Assembly (NCBI RefSeq): GCF_964204645.1
Contig: NC_134028.1
Span: forward strand, 22,936,345 to 23,000,344
Source: Tubulanus polymorphus
Taxonomy: Eukaryota > Animalia > Nemertea
Reading direction: 5' to 3'
Length of the DNA stretch: 64,000 nt
Every line of letters starts with the position of its first letter. The first letter of the stretch is position 1. This document shows, piece by piece, positions 1 through 11,640 of this stretch. The notes under the pieces are model-generated. The model was not told the DNA's origin, did no database searches, and worked only from the letters and a program-made list of their open reading frames with translations. Position numbers and translations under genes: made by a program.

Positions 1-6
1 CGGCTT

Positions 7-303
7 CTACTTACGTTTAGTTTTCTGATAGACACGAGAATTACCAGGGATGTTCTGAGGACATTCGCTTATCGTCAACAGACCGCAACCATTTTCGTGA
101 ACGTAGAACGCGGCACAAGATGCGTCCATGCAACAATCACTAGCACAGCTTATCCTCGAGGTCCTGTTCACCCGGGCTGATGCCTGACCGAACTGTTGAT
201 GACAAATTCGTGTGTGCTGACAATCCAGTAACTCCCTACAGTACGAATTTATTACGAGCAAAAAATGCAAATACAAAACGGATTGTGAGTTTGCAGTTCT
301 CAT
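7..303 (-). CDS. Small, putatively secreted Cys-rich PAN/Apple-domain-like protein (98 aa from ATG 303), or the last exon (acceptor at 236/235) of a longer gene
   Basis: MRTANSQSVLYLHFLLVINSYC resembles a signal peptide; SRISCASDCCMDASCAAFYVHENGCGLL fits the PAN/Apple pattern C-x3-C-x5-C-x2-F-x6-C-x-L, with a terminal VY. Confidence 0.6.
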   Translation of the reverse strand: MRTANSQSVLYLHFLLVINSYCRELLDCQHTRICHQQFGQASARVNRTSRISCASDCCMDASCAAFYVHENGCGLLTISECPQNIPGNSRVYQKTKRK

Positions 304-635
304 TTTGGACAGAAACACCGTAATAAGCATACAAACAGTGACAGGATGTTTCAACAATTGTTCCACTTTGGAAAAGAAGTGAACTGATTCAAACTATAAG
401 TCATCCGTCCTCGTGAAGGGACTGCAGAACTATGTCTGATGTTCGCTATTCGTGAAAGCGTTTGAAGGAAGATAATAAGCACTTTCAGACATAGAAAGCG
501 ATTAACAATATAGTTTCCGACTGTGTACAGGAATTGCGCTAACAATGACATCCAATATTTATTCTCGAATATCTGCGAATTGTTAAGTCAATATTTCAAC
601 TTGATTCTATTATCGTTGTTGATCGGTTATAATGC

Positions 636-933
636 ATGATGTATGTTATATATCGCTACATCCAGTGGAGATGCTTTGAGCGCTTAACTTTCCAGTATTA
701 TCCCCCCCCCCCCGCTTATAAATCTAACCATCAATCTATTATTCATCTAGGTCTGAGAGAAGTAACATCACAGCAGCTACTAGGGGCCCAGAGCCAACTA
801 TCAGGCCAGGTACCCATTTACTCCTGGATGGAGAGAGGCAATGAGGATCAGTGTCTTGCCCTTGCGAATGTAGGGTTTTCGAAGCCATGACCTGGCTTCC
901 CTGAGTCGAACGCTCTAACCACTGCCCACACCA
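636..933 (-). mobile_element. CORE-SINE (tRNA head + CORE domain + L2-type tail)
   Basis: 813-863 CCCATTTACTCCTGGATGGAGAGAGGCAATGAGG..GTGTCTTGCCC resembles the reverse complement of the MIR/CORE consensus; tRNA-like A/B boxes at 875-933; tail rc AAGCGCTCAAAGCATC...GCGATATATAA. Confidence 0.7.
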
Positions 934-2751
934 TTTGGAAACACGGGTTACATAGTCTTCGTATTTCGAGTGGCTTGAATTTTGCTGTTTTGAACATTTG
1001 TTTAACTACTTGGTCTGGGTTTGAATTCAGAGACGTATATGATATATTTTGTCTATTCAGAGACCATTCCTTGAGGATTTTCCAAAATTGAGTTCATTTT
1101 ACTCCTGCAACTATGCCAAAGATCTGAGCAGGTTTTTTTACTTGCTATCAAGCGCAGAATCGGGGTTTAGAATTATTCACGTTTGACTTAAATAAGAACT
1201 GCACTCGTGGGCGGCCGTCGAAATGTGTTTTACTAACACCGCCGTTCAAAGTGGAGATATAAATCTAACTCGGATAAGGAGTGATCGTGACGTTCGCGGT
1301 TGTCAGCTCACCTGGTACACGGCGGTATAATTTCAACTTCACTTAAACGAGAAACTGAATTCAGTGGATGGAAATTGGAGTTAAATGAATTTACTGACGG
1401 TATCCGGCACGGACTGCTGTCACCTGTAATCTGGATGTTCGTCTTTCAAAGCTGTAACTGTTTTTAATTTGATATAAACCGGATAGTGACGGTTGAAGCC
1501 GTGAATAAATACTGCGCATAAAACAACGACGTGTCTGGCCTTGATTCTGTTGTATATAGGTTGAAAAAAACCCGTCGGCGAATCCAACAGAGAAAATTTT
1601 AAGGTAATTCTTCTAAGTGCCGAAAAGATTAATCACTTGCTGTTTAATTAATAATGATGTGTATTCACATACACAGCATCAGCGTGATTAACCATTGTAA
1701 TCAGCTCTGCGCTCTTAGCCGGTAGGGTCCATCATCGTAATCATTATTTTAAACATGACGTATCATCAAATCTCGAAGCCGGAATCCGCGGCCATTGAAT
1801 ACGCTGCCGGTGGTGAACGAATTTGTCATTTCGTTCGGTGAATATTTTGCTTCGAGGTTGAATAAATAGATTTTTAGTAATTATTCGATTTTTATGCGTA
1901 TTTAAAAGGACCCAATACCGAACGTCAAACAGACAGGCAGACCTGACGGAGAACCGAATAGCGATAAACCGCGTTCTTCACCCGAAGCCGTATATATTAG
2001 AATTGTTCAGATTTCTGATATATGCGCAGTTCGATTGTTCAATCTATAATGACATTCCTTCGGGTTAAACGTGAATAATTTAATTCATTACTCAACGTTA
2101 GTTCCCTTGGATTTACAAACCATTAATGGCTTCAATTTGGGCGATGAATGGAAATTCCACTGTAGCGATACTGACTTTTACTGAAAAGTTAACACAACTC
2201 TTTAAAAACGAAGGTTTCATGAGGCGCGTTTTCGTGTGAAAGCGGCCAAACAGTATAATGACCAGTAAGTGATCTAGCAAATAATTCCGCCTATTTTATG
2301 TGAAGATCGTGATTGAATCAAGAATTATTCATCAGTAAATGTTGGCCTATAAGCACCATCTCGTTCGGCCCGTTGCGCGGGCATCTTCGGCAAAACCACG
2401 AACACATCGCGAAACATGGATGAATTGAATTAATACAAGTCAGATAACAGACCGAGCCTGTCGGCAAATCTCTGTCATTATTTGTTACATGTCGACGATA
2501 TTATATGGCTTCGGGCAGTTTTAGCATAAATATCAGACAAAACTCGATAAACTCGGCTAAAACGCGGCTAATGGTATTTTCTTTTTTTAATTAAATTCGT
2601 CCTTTGGCTGTGGTTGAATGATACGTGTTCATGCATCCGTACTCTCTGACCAACATTACAAGGATTCTGTTAGATTTAAATTGGCGACACTAGTTTTACG
2701 AAAATTTGTCAGATTCAATAAATCGAAAGATAGCCTACATATAATGTTGAC

Positions 2752-3020
2752 CAGGAGCGGATCCAGGGTTCGAACCGCCCTCTTTTCTGACCAAGTGCCC
2801 TTTTAAAAATCACATGTGAAAAATTCCACCCGACATTGATCTATGACGAAAGTCCACAGTACTTCTTAAAGTAGTGAAATGCACTAAAATTGCATAAAAT
2901 GTGCCTAATTTTTCAAAATCTTCTGGGTAAAGGACCCCCCTGGGACGTACTTCACGAGTAATACAGTGCCCTTGTCATATGAGGTGAACCCCCCTTTCGC
3001 TCAGCCTGAATCCGCCCCTG
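2752..3020. mobile_element. MITE-like element, CAGGGGCGGATCCAGG terminal-inverted-repeat family
   Basis: CAGGAGCGGATCCAGG ... CCTGAATCCGCCCCTG. Confidence 0.7.
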
Positions 3021-5486
3021 ATTACTACTGTATACATGTGGAATAAGAGCAACACACCATGTATCTAGGGAAAAACTTCTTGTTGGGGAGTTCAATCTGC
3101 GAATATCGAGTTGTAGAAAGATATAAAGTTACTGATGGCGAAACACTGTTTACACAAATTAAAAACAAATAAAACTTTGTTCTGCTTAAATTTGTTAAAT
3201 TAGTTTTCATGTTGTACTACATATACCACTATAGTTTGTATCTTTTGTATCACTTGAATGTAGTTTTGTTCTCGCGCGATCCGAGGTAATACTCATAAGG
3301 TAAGGCTGAACTGGATTGTATATATTTCATGATTTTGCTGTATTCTAGAACTGATGTCTTTTGGGATATACATTCAAGTAAAAACGTTGAAAATGAATTC
3401 ACTAAAGCAAATTTTTCGGACTCGTTGCGTTGTTTTTCTTTTCTAAGTGTGGTATTTACTCCATCGCCGATAGGACATTACAAATGAGAACTACTTCTCC
3501 GAGAAACAAGTTCAAAAAATGAGGAGCATCCGATCGGTTTAATGTTGAACCTGTCCTCTCGGATGATAGACATATTTCACTCAGCGCTACTAATCAGTCA
3601 GTTACTGGGTATCTCAGAGACGCCAATAAATGTAATAAATCAGGATTCACTTTGTAACCTTGCTGAATCTTGTTCTTCTGGAATAACACGACCAAATTGA
3701 GCGCTTCGACGACACGCTTTCATCGCCGATCTCACAGAAGGTCTTACGACGATAGAAAATTAACGTATAATCCGAAATTGCCTCCGATCCCGAGAACTGC
3801 GCGCTCGATAAATCACGGAGACGTACGAACGACCCCGAGTCAATCACGTGATCGAAAATTCGTCGTGCGAGACCGTTTATCGATTCGGTGATACATCGGT
3901 CAAGGTCATAGGTTCGACGCTTGAATCACGTGATAAATACCGAAACGACTAATTGGAAAGCGTCGTTTCGGCGGAAGCGATGTGATTAGACAATACTAAC
4001 TGCTGACACGATACGACCAGTGAATGTTTAATTAACACCCGGCGCTGATCATACTGTAATCAAAAAGTCATCGGTAAAACCTACCGTCGACGCTATGTTT
4101 CAAGTAATGAAATATGCGCATCTAAAACTAAGTAAACATCCACAGTTTGACGTCGATATCTCACCGGCCGGCGTTATGAACGTATTACATGTTTCAAGAG
4201 ATGACATTCCACGCTTGCATTTGTCAAAATAGTCTGGGCTAGAATTCTAATGATTGAATTGTCATTAATATAGAAAAGCTTCCATCATTCGCACATGAAA
4301 CCGGGCCCGCTGAAAATGATCTCAGAAAAATCTGCTCGTTTCAACATGCGTATGATTTTTGAAGACGATAAGGTCGTGCGAGGGTCTTAATTCTTGTAAA
4401 TGGAACCAGCACGTAACAGGAAGATTTCTTGCCGATTTCAGGATCAGTTTTCGAGATATTGGATAGAAAATGTTACCGCCGACGAGAAAACAGGAACAAA
4501 TAGTATTTTGATATAGCGACAAGCAGCAGGTAGTCCTGCACTGAATAAACAATATCGCCGTTTCTGGTCAAATTCACAGTAAATATGAATACGTTAGATA
4601 ACTTCCGTTATTTCGCTGTAGGAAAACGGCTACAATTGACCTTATCGTATATTAGCATGATCCAGTGGCTAGATTATTGTTTGCATTGCGACTGTTTTTC
4701 CGCAGTTGACGTCAATTCAATTATAAAAAAGCTTCAAATTGTCCGTTCGATTCCCAAACATACGTATCATTTATAGATCGGGATTTAATGATACCAAGAT
4801 AATACTCTATAATTTCCGCCTATTTGGCGAAGAAATGAAATAGATAGGAAAGAAAATTATTTTCAATTCAATCACATCTGCACATTTTGTTAGCGGTTCT
4901 GAGAGCGGTGTTTCGTTTTGATCGTGGGGATTTATTTGGAATTTAATCAACCAAATAGTTATCATAACACGGATGGTTGTTTATGGGGAGTTCGAGGAGT
5001 TTTTATCTGATGACATCTTTTCAAGAATCCATCACAAACACACAAAAATACGAACTTTCGCCCTGATACTCTCTCAATGTCGGATCCTCGAAAAAAATGT
5101 TTTGCAATCTGCCTCGCTAAGATAAGGAACCGAATGGAATGGCCAAGTAGACGCAAGGTGATTTCCTGTTTTGAATTCCCCTGATAGAGACGGCTGTCTG
5201 TAGTGGACATCCCTAGTGAATTCCACCCAGTGATACGACTGTTTGCTACATAATTGAGCCCATGTAATTATCGGCATGCTTGAAAGCTAAAATACCCTTC
5301 AGTGAATATTGTTTTCAGAAAATGAGTTGTCTGTTGTTTCACTTCCATCGCATTTAGAGTCTGCAGACACTAATTGTTGTAATTCGCTATCATCTGTCTC
5401 TGTTTCGGCTAAGTTCATATCTATCAATTTTAAACAGTTGTATTCCACCATTCCCGAATTTTGGCCACAATCGATTTATATAATAA

Positions 5487-5552
5487 GCCGAAATTAGCTC
5501 AGCTGGGAGACTGAAGATCTAAAGGTCCCTGGTTCGATCCCGGGTTTCGGCA
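5487..5552 (+). pseudogene. tRNA-Phe pseudogene with 8-nt internal deletion
   Basis: GCCGAAATTAGCTCAGCTGGGAGA[del GCGTTAGA]CTGAAGATCTAAAGG...TTTCGGCA; 3' half perfect; T5 run follows. Confidence 0.88.
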
Positions 5553-5710
5553 TGGTTTTAAGTGTTTTCAGCATCGTTTGATCCATTTATTTTTATTCTG
5601 AAGCAATTATATTGTTGGACGATTTAAAGTTAGTGACTTAGCGATGGTGAGAAGGACAGGGATTTATTTTGGCTTTAGCGAAATTTCGTCTTGTTTTCAT
5701 TCAATTAACA

Positions 5711-5767
5711 GCCGAAAATAACTCGAGTAGTCGCGGAACGTGCCTGGGTCGATTCCCGGTTTCGGCA
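5711..5767 (+). pseudogene. Highly decayed tRNA-Phe remnant
   Basis: Keeps the acceptor stem GCCGAAA...TTTCGGCA and a T-arm-like CCTGGGTCGATTCCCGG; the middle is unrecognisable. Confidence 0.6.
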
Positions 5768-6767
5768 GCAGGTTTCGAAAGGTTGCTTGGTGATATGTGT
5801 CATTCATAAGTAAATATATGATATAGAAACATATCCTGCAGTTTTTGTTTTTCTAAGATGTTTAAACCCGGTTAAACGCTTTCACCAAACGGTTCATCGA
5901 AGCGCAATTTCAGTTATCGATGATTTTGCATCACGAGTTCGCATGAATACAGCGTAATTTCCAGATAGATTGCATCAGCTTTTTGCTGTAAGTTCAATTG
6001 CCCGTTGAATGTCATTTGTCCAACGGCTGAATCGGTAAGAATCCTTTTTTTGTTAAATGTGAATCGATCATTTTTCCAATCGAGATCCGATAACTTTCTA
6101 AATTCTTTTTTGTTAATACAATTTCAAGTGATCTTTCATAAATCTGTCATTAGAGCGCATTATTGCGTACTAGGATTCAAAGACTCTTGTTCTATTCACC
6201 GGAAAAAACACTAGTGATACAACAGTTCTTGCAGCTGTAGCTTATAACAATATGAAATGAAAATGCAATAAACCTTGGAGTAATCATTGAAGATTACTTA
6301 AAGATAAAATCAACGTACATCGTTACGGGGAGCAGACGATCAACGTCGAGATTTAACAAAACTTGAAAATCATTTTGAAATGTCGCATACTTTTCGATCG
6401 GCATAAAAACTGAAATTCTGTCTTCTGTCTACGCTCGTATATGGTATTAAGGCCATTATGTGTTCGGTCGGTTGTTCGTTTTTCCATAAAGCGGTACAAC
6501 GAAGTGTTATGTCTTCATATTCTCGATCCATGTAATACCGTCTGAGCTTCATCCATCAGATAAAGAGGAGAGGTACCGAATCAGCTATCGTTTCGTCAAA
6601 GTGGCTTTAGTTAAGAAGTCGAAGCGCAAACGTTTGATGTAGTAGACGTGGAGATAAAGAAACGTTCCCAGAAATGGTGGATGGATAAAAACATTATATC
6701 GATACATTTTTGGACAGTTATCTTGGCGATCCCGGTTATTGCTCTTCGTACACTAATAAGATACGTC

Positions 6768-6840
6768 TGCCGAAACCCGGGATCGAACCAGGGACCTTTA
6801 GATCTTCAGTCTAACGCACTCCCAACTGAGCTATTTCGGC
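6768..6840 (-). tRNA. trnF-GAA: tRNA-Phe (GAA), variant with A23>T in the D-stem
   Basis: Reverse complement is identical to the 23128 copy except GAGTGC for GAGAGC. Confidence 0.9.
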
Positions 6841-7754
6841 CGTGCTGATCTCGAAATAAATGAAAAATTGGCACGGATATCAACAAGCCCAAGCTCGACT
6901 GATAATGTCTTTTTTTATCTCGATTCATCATTTCGATCAGTATTCCTTAGAAATGAGCAGACTTCTAGAAAAACCAAGGACCTGCGCAACATTTCATGTC
7001 GAGAGGATTGTTGACGTTCATTCATAGGAGAGATAGATATGTAATTAATAAGCAAGCCGGGTTTCCATCTTTCACTTCCACTGTTCACCACCAGTGAACA
7101 AAATATACGGGAACACAAAAAGCTGAGCAATAGACGAACCCAAGAGGACTGATTGGCGCAGAATGTGGCCGCTGGAATATCTATGTAAATTTGTATTAAT
7201 GTCCTAACGTATGCAAACAACGTTTTTGGAAGTTCCTCGCCCAGAAATACACATTCATCGATTTCTTTACACATATCATTGTTTTCTAGCAAAAAAGACT
7301 GATATCTATATATCCGATTCCACGTGCTTTATACCAGTTTTCAAACCACTCGAGGTTGTCAGCTAGCCCTTTTTTCCGACAGGAAACCGATGACACCGCG
7401 CGCCCGAACGTGTTCGACTTTTCAGAAACTCTGCCAATGCGAATGCATATCAATGTATTTTATTACAATAAGTGCACGTTATTTTTGAATGCGCTGAGGT
7501 AGAAATCAAGCCTTTATTTTACTGAAAGAAAGAAGTCCAGAAACGACATATGTTGCTTCGAAAATCAAGTCTTGCAATATATGAATACTTCATTCAATTC
7601 AGTTGGAGAACTTAACTCAAGATAGAGAGCATACTGGGGCATTGAGCAGCCGACATCTGGAAACCACGGATTTAGATGATTTCATCGAAGTACCTGATTA
7701 GAATCTCTGATACATCGGGTTCCTCCAGAAGAAATTGGCCGGAATTTCAACTCA

Positions 7755-7809
7755 CCGGAAGTAAAGTGAAGCGCGAAGGCGGCAGTATCATACGGAAGTA
7801 ACCGGAAGC
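7755..7809. promoter_or_regulatory. Cluster of ETS/GABP-type motifs
   Basis: ACCGGAAGT (7755), ACGGAAGT (7792), ACCGGAAGC (7801) in a CG-rich patch. Confidence 0.4.
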
Positions 7810-8482
7810 AGATGGAAGCCAAGCAGCGGTCACTAATGAGACGGCGCGAGTAGTGGTATTAATCTCAGTCCAAACTCTGAGATTTTTATTTTTCAAATCG
7901 CCAAGAAGACGCGCTTGGTGAAATTAATGACTTAAAGTTGTCATCGCATGCTCGAAGGCTTTCACATATTGTACAAGAATATCACCAACATAATTTCCTT
8001 TAAGCTTTACGTTTGTCGTGGAATCCTGCACACACAGTCGGATGTGGTTGAATTTATTGAGTTTTATAGCCGTAAGCAGGATGTGGATTGTGACAGAAAT
8101 GAACGTCCTTTCAATGCGATCTATGTTTAGTTCTCTATTGAGATGTATTCGTGATTACCGATACTGAAATAACGGTGACGACGGCAGCGATTATGTTATT
8201 TTTATTTACCAGTTGCAGATGCGCGCAAACCAGGATTGACCATAAAACTGCCAACCACGATGAAAATATCAATCCATAGCGACCATATGATATGCGAAAC
8301 TAGTTACACTCAATCGATGCCTAGATTTTATAACCAATTTGCCGCCATGTCACGTTATCACGACGTTTTCTATTGTAGCTGACGATTTTGTCTAACCGTG
8401 TTCCCATGACAAGACTCAGCCGCGACACGTGCTGTGGCTTTTTCTCGATGCCATCAGGTTCGAATCCCCGCGGTAACGAGGT

Positions 8483-8821
8483 AGGCCCGTGCCTAGCTTT
8501 TTGAGGGGTAGTTCTATTTCAAGAAAAAAGGAGACTTTTTCACCGTGAAAAGTGGGGCACTTTCCTATTGAAAAAGGACAGATCTAATGAAGTGTCCTGG
8601 TACCTGAATAAATCATTTGAGAATAGATTACGAACTTGTATCCAAATTTCGAAAAATCTTGACCCCAATTTTTTTACACTGACTTTTTTTGAAGGGCAAT
8701 TTGTGAATTTTAGGGGGCTCGTTCGCTACCCCGAAGTTGCCATACAGTCGAAGAGGGGTGAATCTCCCCGTATGAGACACCCTTTAAATCGGTTTGATAG
8801 TCCACGTATAGCCACGTGTGG
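8483..8821. mobile_element. Decayed MITE-like element with AAAAGGGCACTTT-type internal motifs
   Basis: AGGCCCGTGCCTAG ... TAGCCACGTG partial TIR; GGGCAC/AAAGGAC motifs shared with the 2752 and 23720 elements. Confidence 0.4.
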
Positions 8822-9304
8822 ATCCAGACATTGACAGGAGCACGAAGAAATGAAAAGGGTTAAAATACTGTTAAAAAGGACATTTTAATATGCATAGTTT
8901 TAAGACTAATCGCTGAAGCAAACCGCTAATGATAGCTGGTTATCGTTTTATTAGCTCAAGGCGAGAACATCGCATAATTCAATGAAATGATAATAAAATG
9001 AAATGCTCCGGCAAATAAATTCGTGTATGATTTTCAAATAACGATAACAAATGCACAGCAAATAGTGATTAAATCGGGGTATTTTTCTAAACGGCTGGTG
9101 ATCAATTTGCCGATTAGCATAGATGGATAGATAGGCAACAGGTGGTAGTATGAAATGAATAGAACATTCGGAAAAAATACCATTAAAAGTATACTGGTAT
9201 ATATACTAACACTAAAACACAAGTTTTACTAACGAGAGTACAGACAGGTGACTCAAATACATGTATTTGTTTCAAATATTGACCCAGGTATGTATGAAAT
9301 ATCC

Positions 9305-9650
9305 CGTCGTCCGGTCATCCTGTGGTCCAGTTACCCAGTTCTCCAGTCATCATGACTGTAGTCCAGTTACCCAGTCGTCCAGTCATCCTGAGGTCCAATC
9401 ACCCGGTTGCACAGTCAGCCTGTCGTCAAATCGCACAGTCGACCACTCAGCTTGTCGTCCAGTAGTCCAGCCAGGCTTTCGCCAAGTCAGCCTCTCAGTC
9501 CAGTCATCCTGATATCCTGTAGTCCAGCCAGGCTGCCATCCAGTCACTGCCATCGCTCAGTCAGCATGTCGGTCCAGTTACGCAATCAGCCTGTCGGTCC
9601 AGTCACGCAATCAACCTGTCGGTCCAGTCGCCCAGCCATGCAGTCAGTCG
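9305..9650. repeat. Degenerate low-complexity tandem repeat (GTCCAGT/CAGTC/CAGCC units)
   Basis: Repeated GTCCAGTTACCCAGT, CCTGTCGGTCCAGT, TAGTCCAGCCAGGCT. Confidence 0.75.
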
Positions 9651-10197
9651 TCGTGTATAGTGTGTACCCTGCAGCCACACTGCGCACAATGCTCTATTAT
9701 AAATTTGTGGTTCGTCCTGGAACTATTTAACCTACACTTTATTGAGCCCTAATATGATTTATTGAGCCCTTACTGTTTATGACCATCATGGTGTTTTATA
9801 TGAATCGAGACTGTGTGTATACATTCTTGCGCTGATTTCCAGTCTCCCTCGAGTGAGGAAAGTTCTGAAAGTCTAGACGTATTGCCTAATCCGAAACCAT
9901 TCATAGAAATAATTGAAGTTGGATATCTCTATTCGGATGAGCCAACAAGTGCACAATAAGAGGTGGATTCGGACATTCGTTTCTGTCACTATTTAGTATG
10001 CGTCCTCATGCTCGGATTGTTCAATGTTATCAATCCAGTCCGTTATCCCCGGCGGAACGCATTTATATCAGGGCATCAATCGGACTAATGAACGCCCCGA
10101 ACGATAAAATAACAAAAAAATATCACCCGTTGACGATTACTTAATATCTGGTCTATACACGCAGGATATGAAATTCTCTTTGATATTTCGCCTCGAA

Positions 10198-10412
10198 CAG
10201 GTGCGCGTGTGAGAGCAGGTGCGCGTTGTTATTTGATATTACTGGTGGGACACGGGGAAGCGAGACTCCGCGACAGATGCTCGCTACAGCCAAGTCGATC
10301 GTCTCGCGAGTTGATTTTCATCTATTCACTTCTCCTACGTCATAACCGATGTGATTGTCGAATCAGTGCGACTCGTTTGGATAAACTTGCGCCTCTTTTA
10401 CAAACAGTACAG
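10198..10412 (+). promoter_or_regulatory. Candidate promoter / non-coding first exon of the GPCR gene
   Basis: Twin CAGGTGCGCGT E-box repeats (10198, 10216), CG-rich patch, donor-like CAG|GTCAGT at 10412/10413 followed by a shift to AT-rich sequence. Confidence 0.3.
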
Positions 10413-11429
10413 GTCAGTAGATTATAATTTGATATCTTTGAACGTCATATTCTTTCGATGCGGTTTTCGTTTTCTAATTATAATTACTGTACGATTGTGT
10501 AAATGCTCGCACAAATGATTCTTCATTATATCTCAAGTGTTTTATAAGTTTTGGAAAGTGCGTGAATTTATAAAGTAATAGTAATCCTACATTTTTAAAC
10601 CAGCGAATAACAAAAGTATTCTATTAGAAAGTGTAAAAAGTGTCTAATATCTATTTCGAGCAAGAGCTTGCGGTTTGAGAATTGAAGAAGGCGCGCATAG
10701 TTTTTCCTAGTTTTAGGGTTCGAAAAGCGCAAACATTTTTCATCAAAGATACAGAAGAAATGATTGAAATAAACTAAATTTGCTGCTATTTCGAAATTAC
10801 GTCGTTGGATTTTGATGCGGCGTATGGAGGGTGGGGGAGGCGGAGAAAAACAGCTTTGGTGGTGATAGTTGGGATCGAAGAGGAATGGATTTACTTATGA
10901 AATTAGGAAATCAGAAATTCAGCTCCTAGTCTAGGATCAGTTTTTTATTGTTGTTTTTTTTTTTGTTTGTTTGGTATCCCGATGGTATAACGGTGGCTGA
11001 CGGTCGCGTCGTCGAGGGTCGCGCGCGATCGCATCCGGGCGGAATTCGACTATCTACGAACGGTTAATGCAATACAAATACTGGCTTCCGTAAAACAACA
11101 TTTGAACGTTCAATTAATCGCCGCCATATTTTTATCCATTTCTCTTTTGTTTGTCGTCGATAAGACCTGATGCGTGAAATACAGTCGTCGCCGCCGCCGC
11201 CGCCTGTGAGTACTGATGAACTGGAGACACACGCGCCGAGAGGCCACACGCGACTGACAGTACCGACTCTTAGCTCGATATAAACTTTCTGGGAAACGAT
11301 CAACCTGTCACACTACGTATTTATTTGACGGTGGCAGAGGATTATCCACCGGGTTAATCCACGGCTTATCTCCTCTGTTTTTTTGTTACTGGTACACTAA
11401 TCCATTTCAATTACTGTGCTGACAAAATG

Positions 11430-11640
11430 TTGTTTTTTTTATCTTAGAATAAGGATTGCCCCTATTATCTATTTGATTAGTAGATATCGTTTAAGTTTTT
11501 TTTTATTTGGCGCCCATTAAAAACCCACCACACCTGCCGCGATCGAAACAGGGGATTCGATTCTGAAGTCTGAAATCGAAGTACAGATATAATTGTGTGA
11601 TCGGCGGTCGAGTTAACATAATTTTTTGTTTAAAACGAAG
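11430..11640 (+). repeat. Dispersed repeat, copy 1 (copy 2 at ~48805-49060)
   Basis: Shared TTTTTATCTTA..GGATTG..ATTAGTAGAT..AAACCCACCACACCTGC..GGGG..AATCGAAGTA.CAGAT. Confidence 0.65.

Noticed and set aside
9261-9730. Ser/Pro/Val-rich ORFs
   Set aside because: Produced by a degenerate tandem repeat
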